A stretch of 64,000 nucleotides of DNA from a virus (lineage: Duplodnaviria > Caudoviricetes). The position numbers and the translations under genes are program-made. The stretch is from positions 128,001-192,000 of the IMG/VR virus record IMGVR_UViG_3300037484_000435; one strand, given 5' to 3'. Below are positions 45,113 through 54,811 of this stretch, piece after piece (within the stretch, counting starts at the first letter, position 1; every line of letters begins with the position of its first letter). The notes below the pieces were generated by a model. The model did no database searches and had not been told where the DNA came from. It was given only the letters and a program-made list of their open reading frames with translations.

Positions 45113-45864
45113 GTCTCCTTATCAAAATAATCTACTCCGCACATAATATAATCCACCAAATTAACAATCATATGTAAAATCATTATATGTGTCTCTTGAA
45201 TTATTGGGGTATCCTCAGAATCTACATTAATAATGTAGTCAGGTCTTATTATTACCTCTACAGGTTTATAGTGGTATGAAACCCTCTTATCATAGGTATA
45301 ACGGGTCTTAAATTTTCCAGTCAATAAAACCGTTGTCAATCCCGCATTTCTAGCGGCCTCTATAGCTGTCAGTATACTCCTCGACTTACCACTGGTAGAG
45401 ATCCCTACAAAGACATCCCCCCTCTTGCCGAGTCCTTTTACTTGTTTTTTAAAAACCTCGTCAAAACCATGGTCATTAGATATTGCGGTCATAGTGGCGG
45501 TCATGGCAGAGAGGTCAACTGCGGGCAAGGGATCTGTACGTTTTGCTGATAGTTGGTTATTAAATTCCCCACAAAAATGAGCAGAATCACTAGAGGATCC
45601 CCCGCACCCGCAACTTAGAACTTTTTTATCGTCCTGAAAAGCCCTAGCAATTTCCATAGCGACAGCATAAATCTGTCCCTGCATCCAATCAGCTCGCCAC
45701 AAATCTTCCTTTAACCTAATAGATGCCCGTATCCACCTCTTTATCATACTCTTAGCCTGACTCATTTTAGCTAGCTCTATCTGACGTTCCAGTGTTTCTA
45801 TAGAATTAAATCCCATTAAAATTACTCCTTTGTCCTTGCTGATGTTCATGGGGGCAATACCCAA
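45106..45864 (-). CDS. gmhA: D-sedoheptulose-7-phosphate isomerase
   Basis: CGCGGSSSDSAHFCGEF, TAISNDHGFDEVF, GISTSGKS, IQETHI. Confidence 0.92.
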   Translation of the reverse strand: MGIAPMNISKDKGVILMGFNSIETLERQIELAKMSQAKSMIKRWIRASIRLKEDLWRADWMQGQIYAVAMEIARAFQDDKKVLSCGCGGSSSDSAHFCGEFNNQLSAKRTDPLPAVDLSAMTATMTAISNDHGFDEVFKKQVKGLGKRGDVFVGISTSGKSRSILTAIEAARNAGLTTVLLTGKFKTRYTYDKRVSYHYKPVEVIIRPDYIINVDSEDTPIIQETHIMILHMIVNLVDYIMCGVDYFDKETW

Positions 45865-46780
45865 AGTAACCCTCTGAAAAGTTACAGTTCAAACAAAGAA
45901 CCTGAAACCCCAGAGGGTAATTATTTGTGTGTAACCACCGATAAAAATGTAAGCCTTTACCGTCTCCTGTTTCTCTGCGGTGTTGATTTCCCAGACCCTC
46001 TATGTGATCAATGGATAATAAATCAATATTAGTTTCACCACAACAACTGCATACAATTTCGTTACTGTAATGGGCCATCACTTCTATTTTTAATTTTTGA
46101 TCATAATCATTTTGTCTATGGCATTGTATGCACATGGTGTTGTGTCTATTGCGATCTTTCCTATAGTAAAACTGTCCCAAATCTTTTTCTTCCCCACATT
46201 TACTACAAACCTGTGTTTTACCTATGCGAGGATATTCCCTCTTCTTTGATGTATTGTGCAGAAGATGCTTCAAGTGATTACAATTGAAACATAACAACTG
46301 AAAGGTTTTTGGAAAACCATGCTCCTTTAACCACTTGTATAAAGATCTCCCTGTTCCATGTTCCTTATTTGCCCTTTTTATAGAACCATCATTGTTCACA
46401 TGGTCAATACAAAGGAACTCTATATGATCAGTACCACATAAATTACATTTTCCCCCGTAGACCTGAATAACCTCTGCTTTCAATTTGTAGTCTCTCACTA
46501 AATTATCATGGGTACTTTGGCGGGGATCCAAATACTTCGGTAGACATTTTCCACAGTACTGCCTTCGTCCAATAAGCTCTGTGTTGCACTTTCGGCATAC
46601 ATGCGGAACGCGAAGTGATTCTCTTCTTAATTTATCATAAATCACCTTGCATTTTCTACAAACATTCGGAGAAGAAGCGTTGCTTGGTGAAAAGTATTCA
46701 CCACATTTAATGCATTTGCGAGTGGCCCTAGGACCCATGTGATATTCTCCTTGCCGTTGTACCGGTAAAGTCAAATTCAA
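45806..46780 (-). CDS. homing endonuclease with two tandem EndoVII-like HNH domains
   Basis: CNLC..IDHVNNDG..FQLLCFNCN and CSCC..IDHIEGLG..FQVLCLNCN, each preceded by Zn fingers. Confidence 0.8.
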   Translation of the reverse strand: MNLTLPVQRQGEYHMGPRATRKCIKCGEYFSPSNASSPNVCRKCKVIYDKLRRESLRVPHVCRKCNTELIGRRQYCGKCLPKYLDPRQSTHDNLVRDYKLKAEVIQVYGGKCNLCGTDHIEFLCIDHVNNDGSIKRANKEHGTGRSLYKWLKEHGFPKTFQLLCFNCNHLKHLLHNTSKKREYPRIGKTQVCSKCGEEKDLGQFYYRKDRNRHNTMCIQCHRQNDYDQKLKIEVMAHYSNEIVCSCCGETNIDLLSIDHIEGLGNQHRRETGDGKGLHFYRWLHTNNYPLGFQVLCLNCNFSEGYFGYCPHEHQQGQRSNFNGI

Positions 46781-47720
46781 CTTCTAATGTTTTTAATGGT
46801 GACACCATCTGTTTTATCTGTTCCAAAGAGTCAGGGGAAGCCAAACACAGCATCAATCCCCTACCTGCTCCCCCACCCACCAATCTGACTGCTGATTTGC
46901 TATCCACATCATTTACCATCTTTTCTATAAAACCTACTACATCATTAACCATGGTAGGTGATAGCTTTTTCTTCATCTCCCAGGACTCTTTCATAGGTTC
47001 TAGCAACATGAGAGGATGGAAATCTGGTTGTATCATTATAGCGTGCATTTCTTGCACTAATCTTTTTATACGTAAAGTCTCGTCTAAGGTTTCTCCACAC
47101 TTGAGTAGAGCAAGTTGGTCCTGCAACGCCTTCGATGAGTCGCCTGTGTTACCTGTGTATATAAGTAACATGTGTTTCTTAAATAACTCTAAAGATTCAT
47201 TGGACAAAACAACAGGGCTCCGCCTAATATTATAAGGATGGCCTTCTAGGTAGTTAATGCCAGACCACACAACTGCCCCATCTTGAAATCCCCCAGCATG
47301 ACTACACAGTTCTCTTTCTAATTTGTAAACTTGATCGAACAGCAGTTCACTGGAGATGGCGGTGTTCTTATAAAGATAAAGGCCTTTCAAAAGTGTAGCA
47401 ACCATTGCTGTAGATGTACCCAAACCCAATTTATGCGGGCAATCAGAAGAATATATTATTTCCAGCGGGTCTTTAATTCCTACCATTTTTATGGCTTGTT
47501 TAACAATACATAAACCTATATCATCTACATCGTTACAGAGTTCAGTCTTAGAGTAAGAGACCCTATATTTGGATTCCTCTAAGTCATTACGCTGACGTAT
47601 CATAATATAGACACGCTTATTTATGCAAAAACTTAAACTAACTCCCCCAAACCTCTCCGCTATTGGGGAATGGTCTGCGGACCCTAAAGAGACGCGTAAA
47701 GACGACGAACTTAAAATCAT
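46728..47720 (-). CDS. hddA: D-glycero-alpha-D-manno-heptose-7-phosphate kinase (GHMP family)
   Basis: LRVSLGSAD, SKTE, DCPHKLGLGTST, GGFQD, LLIYTG, GGGAGRG. Confidence 0.85.
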   Translation of the reverse strand: MILSSSSLRVSLGSADHSPIAERFGGVSLSFCINKRVYIMIRQRNDLEESKYRVSYSKTELCNDVDDIGLCIVKQAIKMVGIKDPLEIIYSSDCPHKLGLGTSTAMVATLLKGLYLYKNTAISSELLFDQVYKLERELCSHAGGFQDGAVVWSGINYLEGHPYNIRRSPVVLSNESLELFKKHMLLIYTGNTGDSSKALQDQLALLKCGETLDETLRIKRLVQEMHAIMIQPDFHPLMLLEPMKESWEMKKKLSPTMVNDVVGFIEKMVNDVDSKSAVRLVGGGAGRGLMLCLASPDSLEQIKQMVSPLKTLEVEFDFTGTTARRISHGS

Positions 47721-47754
47721 ACCTATCCTCCTGTCATCAATTAAATATCAAAAA

Positions 47755-48483
47755 CTATATCTGTAAGTTATTAATCCTCTCTGTTGTCCCTATGTCTACT
47801 TTATCCCCTGGGTGTGTCTCTACTAAAAAGAATAGTTCGTCTTTTACCCAATTTGGTAAAAGGTCATATTCAAGGGAGCATACCTCTGGAACGTCATCGA
47901 ATAGGGATTTATTAAACAAGTAACACCCTAAGTTTACCCACTCTGTGTTCCTATTTTTCTCTTCAAAAGATGTTATTAGCCTCGCTCTATATCCCCGCAT
48001 CCATAAGGTTGACTCCTCCTCTACCCCTACTGACCCAAAGGAACCATCATTATTACCTTTATACCCGAGTATACAATTCTCGGCAAGACCTAAATTAGAC
48101 ACCATAGGTAGTTTAGGTTTAAAAACTATACTGTCTCCGTTAACTACCATTACCCGCGGATTCTTTGAAAGTATATTTGAATGCTTCAATGCACACTTAA
48201 TCGCCCCTCCAGTTCCTCGTGGGTAGTCTTCCACAACAGCCTGAAAGTAACCGTAGCGTCTTTGTGGTAGACTCAAGCTGGTTTCCAAATAATCAACTAT
48301 CTGATCACCTTGAATTCCAGCCGCGAATACAATACTCTTGACTCCTTGAATAAGAAGTGCATCAATAAGATGGGCAATGAATGGCTCGCCATCTATGGGA
48401 ATTAAAATTTTAGGAATCTTGCCATTAGTAAATTCTTTAACACGACTCCCTCGGCCCCCTGCGAGGACAATACAGTCACACAT
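47755..48483 (-). CDS. hddC: heptose-1-phosphate guanylyltransferase-like nucleotidyltransferase
   Basis: LAGGRGSR..PKIL..GEPFI, PRGTGGA, VVNGDS, SLEYD, DIGT; adjacent to hddA and gmhA. Confidence 0.78.
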   Translation of the reverse strand: MCDCIVLAGGRGSRVKEFTNGKIPKILIPIDGEPFIAHLIDALLIQGVKSIVFAAGIQGDQIVDYLETSLSLPQRRYGYFQAVVEDYPRGTGGAIKCALKHSNILSKNPRVMVVNGDSIVFKPKLPMVSNLGLAENCILGYKGNNDGSFGSVGVEEESTLWMRGYRARLITSFEEKNRNTEWVNLGCYLFNKSLFDDVPEVCSLEYDLLPNWVKDELFFLVETHPGDKVDIGTTERINNLQI

Positions 48484-49543
48484 GATTCCCCCTTCGTTTT
48501 CTATTAATAGGGATATTATTCAATAAGAGTAATTTTCTGACTACCCTGTGGCTTGTATGATATTTTGTTTCTAATTGAGACTGAGTTACACCCATTTTGT
48601 AATCTTCAATTAATGTAAGTTCTTGCTGAGGCGTAAGATTATAAACAGACTTGGGTCTTCTTTTTACACCGAGCCTTTCTAAATGTTGTAAAACATTGGG
48701 CTGAGAAATATCAAACTTTTTTGATAATACTAGAGCTGATTCCCCCGATATATACAAATCTTTTAATAATTCTTCATCCGTCTCAGAGATGTTATATTTA
48801 TACCTAGTCTTATTTAAAAATTCCCATCTAATATCTCGGTTTCCTAACATCTGACACATATATAAGTATTTACTGTGTTTTCTTTCAAGGTACAAACTAG
48901 TCTTCATATCACCATACATCCAACCCATAAGGGTCTTTATATTTTTCTTTGAGTTAGTTTTTATATTCGCAATCTTATTTCTTTCTTGATATAAAAGAGG
49001 TGTAATATCTAAGCGTCGTTCTAGGTAATCTTTGCATCTTTTACAAAACGCATAGGATGAGGTGATAGACCAAGAGGCCTTCATTACATTACTTCCTCTA
49101 TTATTCTCTTGATACAAACTAATGCTCCCATCTCCATCAAACACCCCACGAATAAAATGTGGTGTCAATTCCTCACTAATAAACGTAGGGAACTGTAAGG
49201 TTAATGATTTATTGGGATAACATCCCCACCCCACTAACTTGTCAGACATATATTTACTAGAAAACCGTAATTGATATTGGTTTTGCCTGTTACCAGCTGT
49301 TATTCTATACGCCAATTCCCATTTATCATTATAAATTAAATCCCTAAGTTTTTCGAGAATTTCCTTATCTCTTTCCTGTAAAGAAATTACCACGTGACTA
49401 CTAGCAGGTCGGTTATACCCATCTGCGTATAAAAATCCTAAAAAATAAGCCTTTTCTTCGGTATCAATAGCATCAAAGAAATGCTCATTAATATTATAAA
49501 TCCTGTTGTGATAATTCGACTTACTCATTTGCCCTCTAACCAC
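48476..49543 (-). CDS. free-standing LAGLIDADG homing endonuclease with C-terminal HTH repeats
   Basis: KAYFLGFLYADG, HFIRGVFDGDG. Confidence 0.9.
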   Translation of the reverse strand: MVRGQMSKSNYHNRIYNINEHFFDAIDTEEKAYFLGFLYADGYNRPASSHVVISLQERDKEILEKLRDLIYNDKWELAYRITAGNRQNQYQLRFSSKYMSDKLVGWGCYPNKSLTLQFPTFISEELTPHFIRGVFDGDGSISLYQENNRGSNVMKASWSITSSYAFCKRCKDYLERRLDITPLLYQERNKIANIKTNSKKNIKTLMGWMYGDMKTSLYLERKHSKYLYMCQMLGNRDIRWEFLNKTRYKYNISETDEELLKDLYISGESALVLSKKFDISQPNVLQHLERLGVKRRPKSVYNLTPQQELTLIEDYKMGVTQSQLETKYHTSHRVVRKLLLLNNIPINRKRRGNHV

Positions 49544-50403
49544 TCACACTCATAGAGTATTTTAAACATTTCTTCAGGCATATCCTTCTTCGCATCCATA
49601 ACCGAGCGTAAATCCAAAGCACCTGGGGGCGCTTGATACCAAGCATAAGTCTTAACAAAGGCATGTTCAATGTCTGCTAAGTAACGTTGATATAGTTGGT
49701 AAACGTAGTTATGCTTATAGTAAGAACCCGTAAACATAAGCGTCTGTCCCAGTGGTAGATTTATGTCTTTTATTGTGTCCAATTCCTCTAATAGTTTAGC
49801 TCTCCTTCCTTCTGAAAAAAGATAAAGCCCCTTAATCTTTTCTTGGTCGGACCTATACTTTACTGATAACATGGGGTCCCAGTTAGTCATGGTTATTGGG
49901 CGGAGTACTGTATTAAAGATATTCTCAGGTAAATTTATTGCTTCATCTATTAGCAAAGTGTGACACCTATAACCTTTAAAATAACGACCACAGTTACCAT
50001 CTAAAGAAAAAGACCTAATGTTTGAAAATATCTGGTCCTCTCGATTATGTGTACCGTGGAAAGTAACGTCCCACCGATCGTTCTCTATGCTGTAATTCCT
50101 AATTGACGTCATCAGCACTGGAGAATTCTTAATAATATTTACCATATAGTCAAAAATAATCCTAGACTGTCTCCAAGAAGGGCTAAAACAAGCCACCCGT
50201 TTGCCAGGCCCTGCCCAAGCGGAAAGCAATGCATAAGCAGCTATAAGAAAGCTTTTACCCCACCCAGGATAAGTAACCACTAGGCCACGATTCTTGCCCC
50301 AAGCTGTTTTTACAACATCTTCTTGGGCAGGCATAAGGTCTACATTCAAGACAGTGCGGTAAAGAGCACCTAAATCTTCTGCTAAAATTTCATTTCGAAA
50401 CAT
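49525..50403 (-). CDS. terminase large subunit-like ATPase domain only (no nuclease domain)
   Basis: LMPAQ, Walker A YPGWGKS, SPSWRQS, GYRCHTLLIDEA Walker B, TGS coupling motif, ends FKILYECEW. Confidence 0.7.
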   Translation of the reverse strand: MFRNEILAEDLGALYRTVLNVDLMPAQEDVVKTAWGKNRGLVVTYPGWGKSFLIAAYALLSAWAGPGKRVACFSPSWRQSRIIFDYMVNIIKNSPVLMTSIRNYSIENDRWDVTFHGTHNREDQIFSNIRSFSLDGNCGRYFKGYRCHTLLIDEAINLPENIFNTVLRPITMTNWDPMLSVKYRSDQEKIKGLYLFSEGRRAKLLEELDTIKDINLPLGQTLMFTGSYYKHNYVYQLYQRYLADIEHAFVKTYAWYQAPPGALDLRSVMDAKKDMPEEMFKILYECEWLEGK

Positions 50404-50775
50404 TTATTTTACTCCTGCACACTGCGAACAAGCATCGTTTTCTCCACAACTACAAGACGCATCTCGGGCACCATCCATATCGATTAAGTATTGATTTACT
50501 TCTGCCATCAACCCATCTTGGTTAAATATTATGAAGAGGGGACCATTAGTGACCCACTCTCTTATCCATTGTTCAGCGTATTCTATCTGCCTGTCAGTAG
50601 GATTATCTCCCCTTTTTAATTCGTAAGCTTTAAAAGCCTGAATAAAATCTTCTGTACAAAAAGCGACCTCCGAGTCACCCTCATTCTTTTCGCTGCCCAC
50701 ACAACTAATGTGGTCTACGGAACGAAATAGTTCCAACATTGCATTTAAAAATCTTTGCTTATCTAGTATTTGCAT
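50404..50775 (-). CDS. hypothetical protein
   Basis: ORF track. Confidence 0.55.
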   Translation of the reverse strand: MQILDKQRFLNAMLELFRSVDHISCVGSEKNEGDSEVAFCTEDFIQAFKAYELKRGDNPTDRQIEYAEQWIREWVTNGPLFIIFNQDGLMAEVNQYLIDMDGARDASCSCGENDACSQCAGVK

Positions 50776-51078
50776 TTAATCTCCTAAAAAATTCTCTAAA
50801 CAAAATTGTTGAATTAGTTCAACTAAAACATCCCCATGGCATAACTTCGGCTTGCAGCTACAAACAAGGACCTTTCCCTGCAGACTGCAGAGGCTATTCA
50901 TAATTTGTGGGTTAGACAGTGCATAAGGCAGGTACAACTTAACCGCTTCCTCTCTAGTGTCCACATTGACCCCTACAATATAGGGATTCCCAAAGACAGT
51001 GCCACGCCCAATATATATGTATTTGGGGTCTGCAAGGTCATAGGGCTCTTTATGTCTATTCACAACTATCGTTTTCAT
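50776..51078 (-). CDS. DUF4326 family protein
   Basis: IYIGRGTVFGNPY..LQGKVLVCSCKPKLCHGDVL. Confidence 0.85.
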   Translation of the reverse strand: MKTIVVNRHKEPYDLADPKYIYIGRGTVFGNPYIVGVNVDTREEAVKLYLPYALSNPQIMNSLCSLQGKVLVCSCKPKLCHGDVLVELIQQFCLENFLGD

Positions 51079-51707
51079 AAGACAAATTCTTTCACACCCC
51101 TAAAACCTACCCTATGTAGAGGGGTAATGCCATGTTCTCTTATCATTTCCTTGTGGAATTTTGTTGGGTAACCCTTGTTCTGTTGCCACCCGTATTCGGG
51201 GAACTGCTCCGACAAAGTATCCATAAGCCTGTCTCTAGTAACTTTGGCCAGAACGCTGGCCGCAGCAATAGATAGAGATTTTTGGTCACCCTTAACAATT
51301 GATTCTTGTGGTATTGCGGTTTGAAGAGGTTTATTCCCATCAATTAAAATGTAATTGGGTTGCGGATTTAATTGGGAAATTGATTCTAACATGGCCAGTC
51401 GGCCCGCCCAATAGATATTTATGTTATTTATGGTCTCTACCGAAACTATACTGATACCATAACTAAGGGCTTTCTCAATTATAATGGGATAGAGGTCTTC
51501 CCTCTGCTCGGGTGATAGTAATTTAGAATCAGTCAATCCTTTAATGAAAGTTACACCCTCATCAAATATAACCGCCGCAGCCGTACAAGGGCCCGCGAGG
51601 GGACCTAGACCTGCCTCATCGGTCCCCGCGATTAATCCATATCCTGCTTGTCGTAAAATTTTTTCTCGAAAAAACGTAGGTTTAGCCTTCTCCGACTGCC
51701 TCGTCAT
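51075..51707 (-). CDS. rnhB: ribonuclease HII (catalytic residues intact)
   Basis: AGTDEAGLGPLAGP, LTDSKLL, LIDGN, KGD..SIAAASVLAKVTRD, NKGYPT. Confidence 0.95.
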   Translation of the reverse strand: MTRQSEKAKPTFFREKILRQAGYGLIAGTDEAGLGPLAGPCTAAAVIFDEGVTFIKGLTDSKLLSPEQREDLYPIIIEKALSYGISIVSVETINNINIYWAGRLAMLESISQLNPQPNYILIDGNKPLQTAIPQESIVKGDQKSLSIAAASVLAKVTRDRLMDTLSEQFPEYGWQQNKGYPTKFHKEMIREHGITPLHRVGFRGVKEFVL

Positions 51708-51972
51708 ATTGAACTCCTTCCTGCTCCGCCCATTCCCGTATGTTTTTGTCTAAGCAAGATGACCAAAAGGCACACACAGTTTCGGTACAATCTTCGTAAC
51801 CTCTGGCATAACAATCTGAAACATACTCTCTATGTTGCCTTCGCCACACTAACTCTTTTTGTTTTTCTCTTAAGCATTTTCTGCAAAATCCGTGGCTAAT
51901 GTTATCGTCCCCTGCCGTTAAATTTCCCCATTGAACTCCACAATGGATGCATTGGTACTTTAAAGGACTCAT
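51682..51972 (-). CDS. Zn-finger hypothetical protein
   Basis: CIHCG..HGFCRKC; GGAGG SD. Confidence 0.6.
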   Translation of the reverse strand: MSPLKYQCIHCGVQWGNLTAGDDNISHGFCRKCLREKQKELVWRRQHREYVSDCYARGYEDCTETVCAFWSSCLDKNIREWAEQEGVQYDEAVGEG

Positions 51973-52073
51973 GCTATCGCCTCCTAGACTAATAGAGAGG
52001 CTTATTCCAATTCAGGATCGCCTCCCTACTTGATGGCATTAAGGTATTTAAAACTTTCAAGATATACTCCGGT

Positions 52074-52415
52074 TTACACCATGCCGCGTTTACGGAGAAT
52101 AAGCCCCTGTATAGGTTCTAAATTTTGTGCCTCGTCCCCTAGCTCCAACCCTATTGAGGTTATTTCATGGTCTGTGATGTCAGAGGTAACGCTTTCCATT
52201 AATCCCATAAAAGCACAGAAATGTCTGATTCCTCCCATACTCTTCGCAAGCTCAACTTGCTCCTCTGGAGATTTTGAATCCCAGTTCCTCTTTATAAAAC
52301 GTTTAGCTAATTGATATTCTCTAATATACATTATCATTCCCCTAAAGATATGAATCAAAAAGGTGGGCATTGTCTTTAAACATAAGCTCATTATTCTTGG
52401 TTTCTTCCAACACAC
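52074..52415 (-). CDS. hypothetical protein (likely shorter, start MYIREY)
   Basis: ORF track. Confidence 0.5.
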   Translation of the reverse strand: MCWKKPRIMSLCLKTMPTFLIHIFRGMIMYIREYQLAKRFIKRNWDSKSPEEQVELAKSMGGIRHFCAFMGLMESVTSDITDHEITSIGLELGDEAQNLEPIQGLILRKRGMV

Positions 52416-52533
52416 TAATCCTCTTTTTCAATTCCCTAACCTCTTCCCGTAACTCAGAGAGTTCCGTGAGATACTTCCCCATCATTGCTTGCATTTGTTT
52501 CACTTGTGTTTGTGATTGTTCTTTAGCCATCAA
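52342..52533 (-). CDS. small coiled-coil protein
   Basis: LSELREEVRELKKRISVLEE heptads; GGAGG SD. Confidence 0.6.
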   Translation of the reverse strand: MMAKEQSQTQVKQMQAMMGKYLTELSELREEVRELKKRISVLEETKNNELMFKDNAHLFDSYL

Positions 52534-52541
52534 CGCCTCCT

Positions 52542-52571
52542 AATATATAACTAGTACACAAATTCATCTCA
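52542..52571 (-). promoter_or_regulatory. conserved 30-bp motif, copy 3
   Basis: minus strand TGAGATGAATTTGTGTACTAGTTATATATT; overlaps sulfotransferase stop. Confidence 0.7.
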
Positions 52572-53337
52572 ACCAATGTAACCGACGTTTTTCGTACAAA
52601 TCCAAAGCGAATTTATACAAAGAGATATCCGCCTCGTTATTCTTAGTAAGTGCTTTGAGCGAGTCAGCAGACAAATCTGTAGGGCGTGGTACACCGGGGA
52701 CATACTCAGCCTGTTTAACCACAACTCCGTTCCAATTGAATCTTCTATACATCATAGCAAGTATCTCTGGGTATAATTCCGTAAAACCAAAGAGCGTAAC
52801 TATATTCTCTAGGTGGTCACACGCCTGTCTATAAGCAACATCTACGGACTCGGTACGGTCTATTCCGCTTATTTTGTGACATATGCCATTATGATGTTCA
52901 TAATTAGGGTCATTGATAAGGTCCTCCAGTTTCTGAATCTTCATATTTTCATGGTCTTCATAAGAAGACATGTTAGACCCGTAATGATAGAGGGATAAAA
53001 ATCTATGGAGGGGTTCACGAAGTATAGTAATCAAATTAGACTTCTCCTGAATACCCCAAATAAATTCAGCTCCCATAGTAAAATGGCCTGTAATTAATTT
53101 AAACTGTGATTGGTTTTCTACAACTTGTTCCTCGGTGTAGTATCCAAGATGAATAAGCCCTATCCCTTCGTTTCCGTATTGAGAAGCAGCGGCCCACCGA
53201 AAAGAACTCCCCGCGGTGCGAGGGATGTGTAAGAAAGTAATGTGTTTTTCTGGATCGACCGAATCCCATTTTAAGAATTTATCTTCTAAAGTAAGTTTCC
53301 CCATTATGGTTTCCTTATTGCACACTGCATATAACAA
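52564..53337 (-). CDS. sulfotransferase (family 2-like)
   Basis: PAPS 5'-PSB FLHIPRTAGSS, 3'-PB TILREPLHRFLSLYHY. Confidence 0.85.
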   Translation of the reverse strand: MLYAVCNKETIMGKLTLEDKFLKWDSVDPEKHITFLHIPRTAGSSFRWAAASQYGNEGIGLIHLGYYTEEQVVENQSQFKLITGHFTMGAEFIWGIQEKSNLITILREPLHRFLSLYHYGSNMSSYEDHENMKIQKLEDLINDPNYEHHNGICHKISGIDRTESVDVAYRQACDHLENIVTLFGFTELYPEILAMMYRRFNWNGVVVKQAEYVPGVPRPTDLSADSLKALTKNNEADISLYKFALDLYEKRRLHWLR

Positions 53338-53939
53338 GTATGGATAATCTTTACACCCTTTTCCTCTGCAAACCGAGTTATAGCGTCAGTAACACCCTGA
53401 AGGTGTCCGTAATCATCCAATATTATTACTCCTTTAGAAACTAGCCTCGGCCAAAAGAAATGTAGGGCATCTATAGTGGGTTGATATATATCCATGTCTA
53501 AGTACACAAAGCAAAACTGATCGTCACCCACTTCTGGGAGGGTATCTGGCACCATCCCTTTATGGATGATGATAGAAGGACAATCCTTAAGAAACCTTTT
53601 AACCTTTTCGTAAGGGGCCGACCATTCTCCCCCAGTATAAACACCGCCCGCCCAATTTATATTTAGATGAGGATGGTCGCTAATAACATAGTCTATTGTT
53701 GGGTCAGTTAACTCCACAGGTACCCCCTCAAAGGTATCAAAAACGTGTATTTTTCTACTATGACCTACAGCATTGGCAAGCAATTTTGCTGAGCCGCCCT
53801 TATAACTTCCCAACTCTGCAATTTCACCCTCTAAAGATTGTACAGTATCATTAACCCACGACCATAGATTCCACAAACGATCTGGTGTAACTAGTGTGTA
53901 ACCCTGTATTACTTTACACACGTCAAAAAAATTGCTCAT
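53304..53939 (-). CDS. TylF/MycF/NovP-family sugar O-methyltransferase
   Basis: AELGSYKGGS, FDTFEG, KGMVPDTL, YLDMDIY, ILDDY. Confidence 0.88.
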   Translation of the reverse strand: MSNFFDVCKVIQGYTLVTPDRLWNLWSWVNDTVQSLEGEIAELGSYKGGSAKLLANAVGHSRKIHVFDTFEGVPVELTDPTIDYVISDHPHLNINWAGGVYTGGEWSAPYEKVKRFLKDCPSIIIHKGMVPDTLPEVGDDQFCFVYLDMDIYQPTIDALHFFWPRLVSKGVIILDDYGHLQGVTDAITRFAEEKGVKIIHTCYMQCAIRKP

Positions 53940-54811
53940 TTTTTACCTCCACATTCTTCATAAGAAACATAACCAGTTCTCCCAAATTTATCACACCTAG
54001 AAAGAGCTGACATTGCTATGTCACACTTTCTTACCATCGATAAGGAAGCATCTTGGTAAACCCAATTTATAAATTTTAGTGCTTTGGCTCCCACAAAACG
54101 CATACCCCAAATATTTTTGTGCCTGCTCGGAGACTTAGTATGCGAACAATACTTATTGAACTCCGCTAAAATATATTCCAGTATAGCGTAAGAGCCAGAG
54201 ACTATACTAATCTCCAACATTTTCCAGTTACGCCTAAATCCATTTTTGTCAGTGTAATTACAGTTTGTAAATCCTATACTCCCATCCCCCTCTAGATAAC
54301 CTCTAATATAATGAGGTACCATGGTCTTTAAAATATTAGAAGGCGGTTTTAATATAAAAGTTTTATTGGGTATGATGCCGTGTCTACACAAATCCCCGCA
54401 AAACTCTTTACCGTAAATCACAAGTCGATAGTAGTAATAATTTTGTTTGTAAGTGCTATGAGTTTTGTAATACTTACCAACATGACCTTCACCCACAGCA
54501 TCTTTAATTTGAAATAAAATTTCACAATCTTTTTCACTCGCTACCAATTCAACCCTATACATACTCTTATCTATACTCGCATCCGCACCAAAAAACCCGA
54601 GCACATACGCTTTTTCCTCGGAATCTATCAGCGACATATCTATACTGTGCCTTATTCTATGCGGCCTACTGAGGCCTTTCTTTTGAGCCCGAATTTTTAT
54701 AGCATCATCAGTCCTGCCCCGCAATAGTTTCCTCAAATCCTCCCATTCAGCAGTTCTATAATGTTCTCCAAGTAGTATGTCTTCTGCTGAAGACCAACGA
54801 CAGTTCCCCAT
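53936..54811 (-). CDS. free-standing LAGLIDADG homing endonuclease with N-terminal Myb-like repeat
   Basis: KAYVLGFFGADA, HYIRGYLEGDG; WSSAEDILLGEHY. Confidence 0.88.
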   Translation of the reverse strand: MGNCRWSSAEDILLGEHYRTAEWEDLRKLLRGRTDDAIKIRAQKKGLSRPHRIRHSIDMSLIDSEEKAYVLGFFGADASIDKSMYRVELVASEKDCEILFQIKDAVGEGHVGKYYKTHSTYKQNYYYYRLVIYGKEFCGDLCRHGIIPNKTFILKPPSNILKTMVPHYIRGYLEGDGSIGFTNCNYTDKNGFRRNWKMLEISIVSGSYAILEYILAEFNKYCSHTKSPSRHKNIWGMRFVGAKALKFINWVYQDASLSMVRKCDIAMSALSRCDKFGRTGYVSYEECGGKK

